Shown: piece after piece, positions 7,384 to 17,164 of the stretch
Layout of the letters: each line of letters opens with the position of its first letter
Numbering within the stretch: the stretch's first letter is position 1
Virus record (IMG/VR): IMGVR_UViG_3300044847_000019
Location: 1-36,442 of that record
Strand: one strand, 5' to 3'
DNA: 36,442 nucleotides
DNA from: a virus
Taxonomy: Duplodnaviria; Caudoviricetes
Position numbers and translations under genes: made by a program
Notes under the pieces: model-generated
What the model saw: the letters and a program-made list of their open reading frames with translations, nothing else
Databases searched by the model: none
Told to the model about the DNA's origin: nothing

Positions 7384-10300
7384 CTACTGCTGCGGTTGCT
7401 GCGCACTGTAGAAATCATCGAGTGTAGTTCCACTCATAATCTCACTTAGCCGCTGCGAGTACTGTGTGTTGTGGAATGTTTTCAGTTGATTCACCACACT
7501 CATGTTCGCATCGCGCGTCCAGCGCATGAGAGCAGAAGAATAGTTCTGCAAGTTACCGCCAGCACTTGCATACTTCTTCATAAACTCTTGCATCTCTTCT
7601 GGTTCTGGCATCTGCCCACGCCGGAGTTTCGTCTTCACTACTTCTCCGAGTTTACTCAACCTCTCCAGATCCGCTGCTTTATACGCATTGAGGCGATACA
7701 TAGTATTCAGCGCAACTGCTTCGTCCATTGGCTTTGCACCAAGCATACGAGATGCAGCAACTGTCACGCTGAATTCATTACTAGCAGAGATCAACGATCC
7801 TTTGCTCGTGGTGCTGTACCCATTAGCGAGTTGCGCGAATCCTGCGAGCGGGCGGGAAACACCGTTATGCTCCAATCCTTCAAGGAGTGTTGCCGAGATA
7901 TCAGCACCGCCCACAAGCTTGCCACCAACATCCAGCAAGTTTGCAACAATCCTGCGAGAAACTTCGACTGCAGGAATGTCCAAAGGAGAAACAGGCAGGA
8001 TAGAGACATGACGTGGGTTAATATCTCCGCGAGTGTAGAGGGCAGGGGATTTATCCCCGAAGAGCGGAAATGCACTAGCAGTGCCATAGAGTAACCAATC
8101 ACCAAGTTCCTTACCAGCCAGCTGCGTGACAGTAGAATAAATGTCACGGTGACCGTCATTAATGCTAGCATTGCCAATAAGATGAGTATTGACAGCATCG
8201 AAGAAAGGAATTCCATTGAGTCCATAAGTTGCTCCTTGCAAACCGCCCATTGTCAAGAGTGCACGCAAGTCACGATTCTCGATGTGTCTCGTCATCTGTT
8301 GCATGACGTTGAACACATAAGTTTGGAACAGGGAGATAGCAGCGCCAACTGTCCCTTGGAACAAGATTGGCCTTTGCGAGGCAATATAGTTCCCGTTGAC
8401 GCGATTGACGAAGACACTTCGGTACGCTTCCGCTTCCTGCGAGGTCAACAACTTCTTCGTTACGAGTGGCGCAGTGAGTTGGTCCATTACATTCGCAGAG
8501 AGCGCGCGCGTGAAATCCTCCGCGAAGTTGTTCCCTGTCCATGTTGCACCTTTCTCGACAGCAGCATCAATCTTCTTGCTCCACTCACGAGGAAGCATAC
8601 GAGGATTGATAGCGATATCGCCCATCATTTCGTGAAATTGTAGTACCACACTTTTCACGTCGCCTGCACGCCGATAGTTCTCTACTAGCTCCTTACCTCC
8701 GGGACCAATTACATTTTTGATTGCGTTGCCAATGAGCTTCGTGTAGCTCGGAACTTGCGTAACTCCATCAGGAGTTGTGGAGAAAAGCTTAGTCAGTTCG
8801 CCAATAGCGGATGGATCCTTCTTGGCCAGACTCTTCAAAGATGCGAGTTCCGTCCCAAGCATAATAGGCAGGGACACGATATTCACCAGACTGTTGGCGA
8901 AGTCCAGGCGTAAACCAACTGTTGCAAGGAACATGTTCACCTTGCTCACAGCTTCGCGAATGATGTTTCTGTCCATCGGACGGTTTGCTACTGCGAACGC
9001 TGTTTCCACGTTGTCCGCGTTGTAGACTCCCCCGATTCCGTACTTCGTCGCGATCTTCTCTGCTTCTTCCCATGAGATCAATCCTTTCTTAGCTTTCTCG
9101 GAATTGCTAACTAGCGCCCGATACGCCGCAGTTCCGACAGAATCCACGAATTCGTTGAGTTGGTGAACGAGAGGGAAAGAACTACGCTTGCTAATATCAA
9201 GAGCAGTACGAACGTAATCTCCAAAAGGGTTGACAGCGGATCGGTCGTACTGCTTTCCCAAGCCTGCCATTTGGCTAGTAGCAACTTCGGTATATTGCTT
9301 GCCCAGCGCATTAAGTTCCGTAATGAGTTGCGCATAGCGCACTTCCACACCGTGACGTACCAGCGCAGCATCAGCGTTCTGCGAGTACGTAATGAAATCC
9401 TCCAACACGTTTTCGGGACGTACTTCATAGAAGAAATCTCCTAACTTGCCCTGCTTACGTAGAGTGGAATCAACACGCGGTTCGTTCAGCGTGAGTTGTG
9501 CATCATACTCATTCTTGATGCGATAGAACTGCTCCGTGTCCTTTTTGAAGAACACATCGTATTTATTAGTATCAATCTCCTGCGAGAGTTTCTGCAGTTC
9601 TTCTGAACTACGCGCGGTAATCATGCCGACGTCGGAATTACCTGCGATGTGCCCTTCCTTGATCTTTACGAATGCGAAGTATGGAAACTTCTGCGTGTTG
9701 ATCGGCGGTGCGTAGATAACATCTGGATCCCAACCCAGAGTTGCACCGCGAGAGTTCATCAGAACTGTTCGTTTGTTGATTCTTTCTCCGTTAACATCTT
9801 TCCATACCCGAAGGAAAGCGAGTACGTCGGGGGACTCAATTTCGAAGACTGCTTGTTTTGCTTTACCGCCAGGGCCAGTAGCGATGTTATCTTTGAGCCA
9901 TCCTTCAAGTTTTTCAGGGACGATATTGCGGATACCGGCAGTATCAACTTTGGTGACTTCTCGTACTGCGAGTCGTTCGAGGCCTGTCTTAGGATCAAAT
10001 GCAAGTACGAACTTGTCGCTGCTCCTGCGTAGCATATTGAGAACGATGCCGAGTTCTGCGCCCGCACGCTTGTTGTCGGCAAACTTAGCAATATACGGCT
10101 GAATTCTTTCCAAGTTAGCATTTGCAGCTTTCTGGATAAGTTGATGTGTGAGCATTCCCGAATGCTGCGACCAGAGGCGAAGTACCTCTCCGTAGTTAGC
10201 ATTCGAGAAAGAAAGTGCTCCGGCACCCACGCCGAGTTCATCTGCCATCTTAATGGCATTCTTGGCGTCAACTTCTAGAAACCGCGAAGCATCCTCAGTA

Positions 10301-12489
10301 CCAAAGACAGAGAAGAAAGCATTCTTTCTGGCTTCTTCACTGAGCGTAACTCGTTGCATGAATCCAAGTTCGCCGGTAACGAACGTATCAGCATACTTCG
10401 CGCCTTTGCTCGCGGCGGCTGCTTCTGTTGCTTTGAGGACGTCTGCATCTACAACTCCTAGTTCGACCAGCGAACGAGGGGAAGACCACGTAGCAATGAA
10501 GTTTTCACGCAGGAGATTTTCTCGCAGATCGCGAGACATACCTTCCATCAACGTGTCGTCCGTTGTACGTTGGAATCCGTTGGCGATTACACGTTCTAGG
10601 AAACTCTCCGGCGCATTTACCACATACGCGATTTCTCGCATATCGGTAACACCTGCATCCAGCATTTCCGTGATCTTGTTAATCTTCGCATCGGAAAGGA
10701 TACGAGTTAGATCCACGTCGGAAATGTTAGAGAGCCCTCCATCGGCATCGCGCAATTTGGTTGGTAGTTCTTTGAGTTCGTTTCGCGAGAACTGCGCGAG
10801 TCGCTCCAGTCTGGAAATGTCAGTAACATCCACAATGCTATCAGCAAAGTGATTAGGCTTAAGACTGCTAGCCCAAGCATGACGCGCAGTAGCAGTGTAG
10901 GCATCACTTGGGTTGATTTCATCAGCGACTCGAAGTACTGTTTTTCCATTTAGCACTCCTTCATCGACAATTGCGTCGGATGCTTTCACGCCCGCAGGCA
11001 GTTGATCTGCCCACGTGGAAACTACTTCATCGCTAACACCGCCAGTGCGTGTGTTGATGAATCGCGCAGGAATTAGATTCGGATCTTTGACCTGCGAGAA
11101 GATTTCGCTCTTTGGATTAATTCGCAGCTTGCCGCCGATAATAGCGAGATCGTTACCATCCAACCAAGCCTCTTCAAAACTCTTGGCAGTAGAGGTAACT
11201 TTTGCATTGCTGACGTCTCCTACTACTTCGTACGGTTTGGCGGTAGCGTTCTTTTCAAAGGGCTTGCGATTCCTAGCAGCAGCGAGGAAATCCTCGATCT
11301 TGGCATCTGCTGGCAAGTTCTTGATATCAACTTCTTGGTTGATGTAGAAGAGATCGTCGCGATTAAACTGCTGTGCGGCTTTCTCTTCATTGAGAACTCG
11401 TACGTTCTTGAGACCAAGCAAATAGTTACCAACACTCTGCTTTATTTCCGATTGAGCAACTCCCGTGTCGATACCTTCACGCACCATCTTCAAGATCATG
11501 GCGTTCATAGCCTGACCTACTTCCGGCGTGCTCTCCGTTCCAAGTTTCTTGAGCGTGAGTTGAAGCTGCTCGTACGTCTCACGTTCTGTTTTCGTAAGCG
11601 TGCGTTTCAGATGTTCTTCAAGATCGAGGATAACATCTTTCTTGGTAAGTGCATTCGTGACACTTACGAAGCGATCATCGAATACGATTTCCTTCGGCAG
11701 TTTCAGCAGGGAGTCAACAAATCCGTATGCTTCATCGCCGATTCCAAGTCCGAGGTTGGAGTAGTAATTCGGCGTGTCGAAGTTCCGTTGTTTGCCCGCA
11801 ACTTGACGAACAGCATCTTTGAACACGCGATTAGTAATGATGGCATCAATGGCGCCACCAAATGCTCCACCAACGAAGATACCAAATCCCATATCGGAGA
11901 GAATTTCTCCAGTACCCTTGTCAGCAAGGATAGGGGAATTCTTCATCGTCAAGACAACAGCAGCTTCAAATGCTGCAGCTTGCAGTGCTTGATCGGCGAA
12001 TCCCCAGCCGATAGCAGAAAGTTTGTTGGCATTAATGTACGCATACGCGGAGCCGCCTTCACGCGCGATTTCTTCTAATCCTGCGCGCAGTGCAATATCT
12101 CTACGAGAGTTAGCAAAGTTCAGAGGTCCGGAGATTGCACGCCCGATGCTGCCTGTTGCGCGTGCAGCTTGCGCAGCCTTAAGACCTTTAATTGCCAGCG
12201 TGCCCGGGATGAACGCCGAGCCAACAAAACCCGCAGTATCGACGAGCTGTTGGTTATCTTTATAGTAATTATACCAATTCTCATCGTAGTTCTCCAATAC
12301 GCGAGAGGTGTCGAGTTGCTCACCTTCGATACCAATCTTGCTGCCGTAATCTACAAACGTATTGTAGATGCCTGCAAGTCCGGAGAGCACAGCACTTCCG
12401 GTGAACATCGTTGCATTGTCGAAGAACGAAGAACCGCCAGCTTGCTGGTTAGCCGTATCTGCTCCGAGAACTGCAAGTTCTTTGCTCAT
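7384..12489 (-). CDS. Large internal virion (ejection) protein, ~1700 aa
   Basis: Very large helical protein, last gene of the late operon, N-terminal Gly/Ala hydrophobic segments; start set at MSKELAV (12489) behind GGAGA. Confidence 0.7.
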   Translation of the reverse strand: MSKELAVLGADTANQQAGGSSFFDNATMFTGSAVLSGLAGIYNTFVDYGSKIGIEGEQLDTSRVLENYDENWYNYYKDNQQLVDTAGFVGSAFIPGTLAIKGLKAAQAARATGSIGRAISGPLNFANSRRDIALRAGLEEIAREGGSAYAYINANKLSAIGWGFADQALQAAAFEAAVVLTMKNSPILADKGTGEILSDMGFGIFVGGAFGGAIDAIITNRVFKDAVRQVAGKQRNFDTPNYYSNLGLGIGDEAYGFVDSLLKLPKEIVFDDRFVSVTNALTKKDVILDLEEHLKRTLTKTERETYEQLQLTLKKLGTESTPEVGQAMNAMILKMVREGIDTGVAQSEIKQSVGNYLLGLKNVRVLNEEKAAQQFNRDDLFYINQEVDIKNLPADAKIEDFLAAARNRKPFEKNATAKPYEVVGDVSNAKVTSTAKSFEEAWLDGNDLAIIGGKLRINPKSEIFSQVKDPNLIPARFINTRTGGVSDEVVSTWADQLPAGVKASDAIVDEGVLNGKTVLRVADEINPSDAYTATARHAWASSLKPNHFADSIVDVTDISRLERLAQFSRNELKELPTKLRDADGGLSNISDVDLTRILSDAKINKITEMLDAGVTDMREIAYVVNAPESFLERVIANGFQRTTDDTLMEGMSRDLRENLLRENFIATWSSPRSLVELGVVDADVLKATEAAAASKGAKYADTFVTGELGFMQRVTLSEEARKNAFFSVFGTEDASRFLEVDAKNAIKMADELGVGAGALSFSNANYGEVLRLWSQHSGMLTHQLIQKAANANLERIQPYIAKFADNKRAGAELGIVLNMLRRSSDKFVLAFDPKTGLERLAVREVTKVDTAGIRNIVPEKLEGWLKDNIATGPGGKAKQAVFEIESPDVLAFLRVWKDVNGERINKRTVLMNSRGATLGWDPDVIYAPPINTQKFPYFAFVKIKEGHIAGNSDVGMITARSSEELQKLSQEIDTNKYDVFFKKDTEQFYRIKNEYDAQLTLNEPRVDSTLRKQGKLGDFFYEVRPENVLEDFITYSQNADAALVRHGVEVRYAQLITELNALGKQYTEVATSQMAGLGKQYDRSAVNPFGDYVRTALDISKRSSFPLVHQLNEFVDSVGTAAYRALVSNSEKAKKGLISWEEAEKIATKYGIGGVYNADNVETAFAVANRPMDRNIIREAVSKVNMFLATVGLRLDFANSLVNIVSLPIMLGTELASLKSLAKKDPSAIGELTKLFSTTPDGVTQVPSYTKLIGNAIKNVIGPGGKELVENYRRAGDVKSVVLQFHEMMGDIAINPRMLPREWSKKIDAAVEKGATWTGNNFAEDFTRALSANVMDQLTAPLVTKKLLTSQEAEAYRSVFVNRVNGNYIASQRPILFQGTVGAAISLFQTYVFNVMQQMTRHIENRDLRALLTMGGLQGATYGLNGIPFFDAVNTHLIGNASINDGHRDIYSTVTQLAGKELGDWLLYGTASAFPLFGDKSPALYTRGDINPRHVSILPVSPLDIPAVEVSRRIVANLLDVGGKLVGGADISATLLEGLEHNGVSRPLAGFAQLANGYSTTSKGSLISASNEFSVTVAASRMLGAKPMDEAVALNTMYRLNAYKAADLERLSKLGEVVKTKLRRGQMPEPEEMQEFMKKYASAGGNLQNYSSALMRWTRDANMSVVNQLKTFHNTQYSQRLSEIMSGTTLDDFYSAQQPQQ

Positions 12490-12490
12490 C

Positions 12491-14344
12491 TTATCTCCAC
12501 GGAACGAAAGGATTATTGGTGCCAATCTGGCGGCTGCGCTTCTCAGCAACAATGCGAGAAGTCAGGTAGTTCTCTACCTTTGAAGGATTCATCAAATCCA
12601 GTTGTGCTTTGCCAGTACCGCCAGGAGTAATGACCCAATCAGTAGGTTGCGGCAGTGCGAGATATTTCAGTCCGTTACCTTCGTATGCACTAACGGATTG
12701 CGTTGCGAAGAATCGAGATACTTCTTCTGCCGCTTGCTTCGGAGTTGCTTCACCAGAAACAACTCTGGCTTCGATCTCGTTAAGCAACATGGACGCCGTG
12801 TACGAGGTGTTAAGAGTTCTGTTCGGCATCCGCTCTTTAGCAGCAAGAAGACTCTTGGAAACAACTCCTTCTGGCTTCAACTTTGCAACTGCAGCGGCAG
12901 CATCGTAATCCAGAGCGTACGGAGAATCGCCACGTACTACACTCTTATCAGCACCTTTGCCCGCGGACGCAGCATCTGCAGCATAGATTTCATTGTACGC
13001 CATAGCAAGTGCTTGATCCGGACGAATTTGCGCCATCGGATTCCTAAGCTTCTCACGATTCATAATTTCCGGAGCAAGCCGTTGCGCACGCATCTCGATG
13101 TTGCGAATTAATTGCATCATGCCAGCGTTACCAGAAGCTGCAGCAGCCGCAGGATTACCGAAGCGCTGAATGAACGGAACTGCTTCGAGGTAGTTGTTAC
13201 CATAGCTGCCGCGCATGATAACTTCGTACCACGCGCCACGAATCTCCGCAGGCATACGCTTCACATCTTCCAGCGTGAAATCCGGAACAGCACTTCCGTT
13301 GATTGCTTTGCGATACGTGTTAATGCCAACTACGAGAGCAGTATCTCGTTGTTTCTCTGCGTCTTTCTTTTCTTGTTCGCTTCTGCGATCGTTACGACGC
13401 CACTCGCGTTCTTCCTGCAGCGCAGCGGCACTCGCACGCCGATCAAGAATTCCTTCTTCCAGTTGCTTAACTTGCAGCATGGAAGCAAACACATTGTGAC
13501 GAGCCGTGAAAGCATCCATAAGTGCCTTCGCATGACCAGCAGAATTCTGCGCACTAAGTTCAGCAGCACGAGCTTCTGCAATCTTAACTGCTACGGTTGC
13601 ATCTGCCGCAGCTTTCTGGCGCAGCAAATCTGCGTTCTTAGCCGGCGTGAGCTTAAGAACACTGTCCGCAATCGTCTGCATGCGAGCAATTTCTTCATTG
13701 CTCCTGTTTTCCACGCGCGCGAGATTATTGTACTGCGCAGTCAGTTGCTGGATCTTTGGTTGATTCGCAAGGAAAGCAAACGGATTCTGGAAGAACGAAG
13801 TGCTTTCCAGATCGACAATCTCTTTATCAATAGCTTCTCGCTGATTCCGTGCTTCCGTTTGACGCCGCAGTTCGCTGTTGATGGAGGATTCAGGGTTGTT
13901 GATATCTAAGCCGACTGCACGAAGAAGCTGCCGATGCGTTTCTTGCAGTGCAATTTCTGCTTCGCTGCCAGCAAGAATACTTGCAGATTGTGCGGCACCT
14001 GCTTCTCCCGCTGCTTGCGTCGCGCGCTGCACGTGTTGCGTACGTTCTTTATCAGCAGAAAAGATTGCGCTCTCCAACTCAGGAGCAAGTTGGAAATATT
14101 GATTGAGCGCTGCACGCGCCTCAGGAACAGGAGAGGTGTCTTCAGTAGCCACGGCACCACCTTTACTAGAAGTACTTACTCGTTGCAGATCACGCTCGAT
14201 GCTTGCTACTGCGCGTGGATCATTCTGGGAATGCGCTAACTTAAGATCGGCACGAAGAACTTCTTCGCTGCTCTTATCGTACGTATTGTTCATGCCGGCG
14301 GTTCGGCGATTGAACTCCGCACGATCCAGAAGATCGCCAGCCAT
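12491..14344 (-). CDS. Internal virion (ejection) protein, coiled-coil
   Basis: 617 aa Ala/Gln/Glu/Arg-rich helical protein between two other ejection-type genes; TAATG-style coupling. Confidence 0.6.
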   Translation of the reverse strand: MAGDLLDRAEFNRRTAGMNNTYDKSSEEVLRADLKLAHSQNDPRAVASIERDLQRVSTSSKGGAVATEDTSPVPEARAALNQYFQLAPELESAIFSADKERTQHVQRATQAAGEAGAAQSASILAGSEAEIALQETHRQLLRAVGLDINNPESSINSELRRQTEARNQREAIDKEIVDLESTSFFQNPFAFLANQPKIQQLTAQYNNLARVENRSNEEIARMQTIADSVLKLTPAKNADLLRQKAAADATVAVKIAEARAAELSAQNSAGHAKALMDAFTARHNVFASMLQVKQLEEGILDRRASAAALQEEREWRRNDRRSEQEKKDAEKQRDTALVVGINTYRKAINGSAVPDFTLEDVKRMPAEIRGAWYEVIMRGSYGNNYLEAVPFIQRFGNPAAAAASGNAGMMQLIRNIEMRAQRLAPEIMNREKLRNPMAQIRPDQALAMAYNEIYAADAASAGKGADKSVVRGDSPYALDYDAAAAVAKLKPEGVVSKSLLAAKERMPNRTLNTSYTASMLLNEIEARVVSGEATPKQAAEEVSRFFATQSVSAYEGNGLKYLALPQPTDWVITPGGTGKAQLDLMNPSKVENYLTSRIVAEKRSRQIGTNNPFVPWR

Positions 14345-16131
14345 TACTTAGCACCCGCTACGTGACCGCCGAACATTGCTTGCATCGCCATCTGGAAAGC
14401 TTCAGGATGTTCATTCATCAGTTCCAGCATCGGCACGCCAAGCTTCTGCACAGACGGTTGCTTGATAACAAACTCACCATCGGTGAGGTAAGCAGGAATT
14501 ACGTCACGGCCTTTAGGACCATCAACTTCCCCACCTTTTGCAAATCCGCCACCATCGACGCCAGCAGAAGCAGCATCACCCACACCATCGGTGCCACCAG
14601 AACTGCCAGGACCAGCATCAACGCCAGTTCCAGGAGCATCACTAGGATCGAAAGCTGCATCCAGACCGATGCTGATACCAAGGCCACCAAGCCCGCCAGC
14701 ATTTGCGCCAGAGATACCAGTAGCAACGGAAACAGAATCAGGAGAGATACCGTCCGTACCAACACCGTTGACACCGTTAGCATCAATCGAGAACGGATTG
14801 GGCGGAGTTACCGGCGTGTCAGTGATTGCATTCACGATTGCAGCAATTGGAGACACAGTTGGAAATCCCATAGCATTCATCGCAGCAGAAACTGCAATTC
14901 CAGGAACACCGATTGCCATACCTGCGATGGATGCAACAGTTCCAAGACCTTCTGCTGTGATGCCAGTACCAACAGTACCTTCTGCAATACCTTCACCAAC
15001 GCCAGAAGATCCAGCATTTTCTCCTTCGCCCAGCGGAGTGTAACGTCCACGCCGACGCCCGCCAGCAGATTGGCGATTTGCACGCTGATAAGTAGGTGCA
15101 TTTTTCACCAGCATGTTGGCGCCGGAAGAGATGCCACGAAGTAAATCGAAGTCTAATTGGTTCTCGTTGTACGTGATACCGCGAACTTGCTTACCTTCCT
15201 TGTCGCGGATATTGGAACGAGGATCTGCTTGTCGCACATCGCGAACTTCGCCACCTTCCGCATAACCTTTCGGCTTCATGCTGCGTTGAGCGAGCAACTT
15301 CTTTTTGCTAACCAATCCACCATTAGCAAATCCGAGATCGAATCCGCCACCGAAAAAGTCAATATCACCACCAAGATCGGAAGCAAAATCACCGCCGCCG
15401 AAGTCGAAGCCGAACATGTCACTACCGCTGGAATCAAAAGCAGCAGTATCGAATCCACCAAGATCGAAAGATGACGTGCCGAAATCGCTACCGCCCATGA
15501 TATCCGTAGCAAAGCTACTGATACCGGGATCGTAGGAAACTCCGTAATCCTCCACGCCGCCACCAATGTAGCTGCCGCCGCCAAGCGGATTGTTCTCGAA
15601 AGAACTACCGAACATGCGGCCACCAAACAGCTCTTCTCCGAACTTCTTGATCTTGCCAGCATTTGCGAGTGCAAACGGTAACAGTTGCATGGCACTTGCT
15701 TTAGGCGATTTGTTGCCAGCAGTAGTTTGCGTGCGCGTGCTTTCCGCCATACGACCGGCAGTAACACTGGCAGAATCTTGGTTAGCGCGCAGTTGCTTAG
15801 CACCTTCCGTTGCCAGCTTTGCAAACATGTCCTGCATTGCAAGCTGCATCGGCGTGTTGTTCTTTAGCCGCGCACCAGCAGCATTTGCGTAGGTGGTCGC
15901 AAGTCCTGGAACTTGCTCCATACCTTGCTGGAAGATTGCACGCAGGAGTTCAGCACTTCCTTCTGGCGTGAGCCCACGAAGTTGTGCATTTAGAACTTGC
16001 TCAAGTGCTGCTTGTGATTGTGGAGAAGAACTCAGACTCTGCGTCGTGCGTTCTTTAGTTCCACCAAGATTGATCAACGAGGTGATCGCAGAAGCAGTAG
16101 GATCTTGATAGGTACGTTCTTGGACGGCCAT
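14344..16131 (-). CDS. Internal virion/pilot protein with Gly-rich low-complexity tracts and a tape-measure-like C-terminal module
   Basis: SD GAGGAG; FANGG, YAEGG and FAKGG motifs; C-terminal GEFVIK...KLGV..LE.MN; hydrophobic Gly/Ala segment. Confidence 0.6.
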   Translation of the reverse strand: MAVQERTYQDPTASAITSLINLGGTKERTTQSLSSSPQSQAALEQVLNAQLRGLTPEGSAELLRAIFQQGMEQVPGLATTYANAAGARLKNNTPMQLAMQDMFAKLATEGAKQLRANQDSASVTAGRMAESTRTQTTAGNKSPKASAMQLLPFALANAGKIKKFGEELFGGRMFGSSFENNPLGGGSYIGGGVEDYGVSYDPGISSFATDIMGGSDFGTSSFDLGGFDTAAFDSSGSDMFGFDFGGGDFASDLGGDIDFFGGGFDLGFANGGLVSKKKLLAQRSMKPKGYAEGGEVRDVRQADPRSNIRDKEGKQVRGITYNENQLDFDLLRGISSGANMLVKNAPTYQRANRQSAGGRRRGRYTPLGEGENAGSSGVGEGIAEGTVGTGITAEGLGTVASIAGMAIGVPGIAVSAAMNAMGFPTVSPIAAIVNAITDTPVTPPNPFSIDANGVNGVGTDGISPDSVSVATGISGANAGGLGGLGISIGLDAAFDPSDAPGTGVDAGPGSSGGTDGVGDAASAGVDGGGFAKGGEVDGPKGRDVIPAYLTDGEFVIKQPSVQKLGVPMLELMNEHPEAFQMAMQAMFGGHVAGAK

Positions 16132-16194
16132 TAGGATTTCTCCTCAGTTTGCAGTAGTGTAGAACAGTGCTCCGCTCATTGCACCTGAGCAATC

Positions 16195-16719
16195 TCATCG
16201 CGAGAGATTAGCAATCGTCTCGTCTTTAGTCTTATTACTGCGCGTGGAGCCGAACTCGAACTGGAAGATCTGGTCGATGTATCCAAGGAAGCGTCCGAGG
16301 AACAACGTGATAACACCTTTCTGGAATTCATCCAGATCGCCAGCTTTCATTACTTGCCACCAAACAATGACGACCACAACGATAGCAAGAGCAGAAAGAA
16401 AATCGGCGCGGTAATTACGAGTACCAGCGGCCAGAAATTTGGCGTCGCGTGCCCTAGCATCTTGCCTATCCGTGAGGTAGGCTCTTTCAAGTTCTCCATC
16501 TTTTTCGATGATGAACTTTTGGAAGTCTGTTTGCAGTTGAGCGTTTGCACGAATTGCCTCCAATGCTTCTTCGGGAGTTTTAGCACCTGTTACTACTTGA
16601 GCAGCATTCACTACTTCTTCTGCAACCTTCACGCCGGACTCGCCGACACCGAGGTAGCGGAGAATCGAAGGAGCAAATTGTGCGAGAGCCAGAGCGATGG
16701 GGAGAATTGGGAGCGCCAT
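16195..16719 (-). CDS. Putative holin (GTA-type 3TM holin-like)
   Basis: Hydrophobic N-terminus, DRQDARAR motif, two C-terminal TM helices ending FEFGST; directly after the endolysin. Confidence 0.65.
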   Translation of the reverse strand: MALPILPIALALAQFAPSILRYLGVGESGVKVAEEVVNAAQVVTGAKTPEEALEAIRANAQLQTDFQKFIIEKDGELERAYLTDRQDARARDAKFLAAGTRNYRADFLSALAIVVVVIVWWQVMKAGDLDEFQKGVITLFLGRFLGYIDQIFQFEFGSTRSNKTKDETIANLSR

Positions 16720-17163
16720 TTAGGTTCCTTCCGAGTATTGCCAAACACCAGTTTCCATTTGATCCGCCATACGCTTCGCGCGTGCAGGCGTCTGTTCCGC
16801 CCAGCGAGACTTCAGCATATGGAAGGCAGCCATTTTGTAGTTACCTTCTTTCACATGCCGAAGTGTGGTTACGAATTCCAGCAGCTTCGGAACTCCCATC
16901 TGGAATGCCATATTCAACAGCACGCCTTTGCGAGTATCATCGAGATCTTGAAACCAGGGAAGCTTGCGAGTTACTTCTTCAATAACTTCATCAACTCGAG
17001 AATTGAAGATGTATTGAATTTCGTGCTCCCGGAGGCCTGAACCGGGAATACGATCATCAACAAGAATGCCAATGCCGATAGTCCAGTAACCGCGAGAGTC
17101 TTTATAAACTGTTTTCTTCTTGCCTTCATCGCCAGTCAACTGCCTCTTAAGTTCCTGTTTCAT
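16720..17163 (-). CDS. Endolysin, T4-type lysozyme (GH24)
   Basis: Catalytic E-x8-D-x5-T (EGKKKTVYKDSRGYWT), LLNMAFQMG, SRWAEQTPARAKR. Confidence 0.93.
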   Translation of the reverse strand: MKQELKRQLTGDEGKKKTVYKDSRGYWTIGIGILVDDRIPGSGLREHEIQYIFNSRVDEVIEEVTRKLPWFQDLDDTRKGVLLNMAFQMGVPKLLEFVTTLRHVKEGNYKMAAFHMLKSRWAEQTPARAKRMADQMETGVWQYSEGT

Positions 17164-17164
17164 A

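Noticed and set aside
7384-12489. Large virion protein as N4- or crAss-type virion RNA polymerase
   Set aside because: No DFDxD or T7-like RNAP motifs recognised, and about half the size of N4 vRNAP; a divergent enzyme cannot be excluded without structure search.
16132-16194. Short hairpin GCTCA/TGAGC and TACACT between holin and ejection gene
   Set aside because: 5-bp stem without U-tract and poor -35; could be chance.
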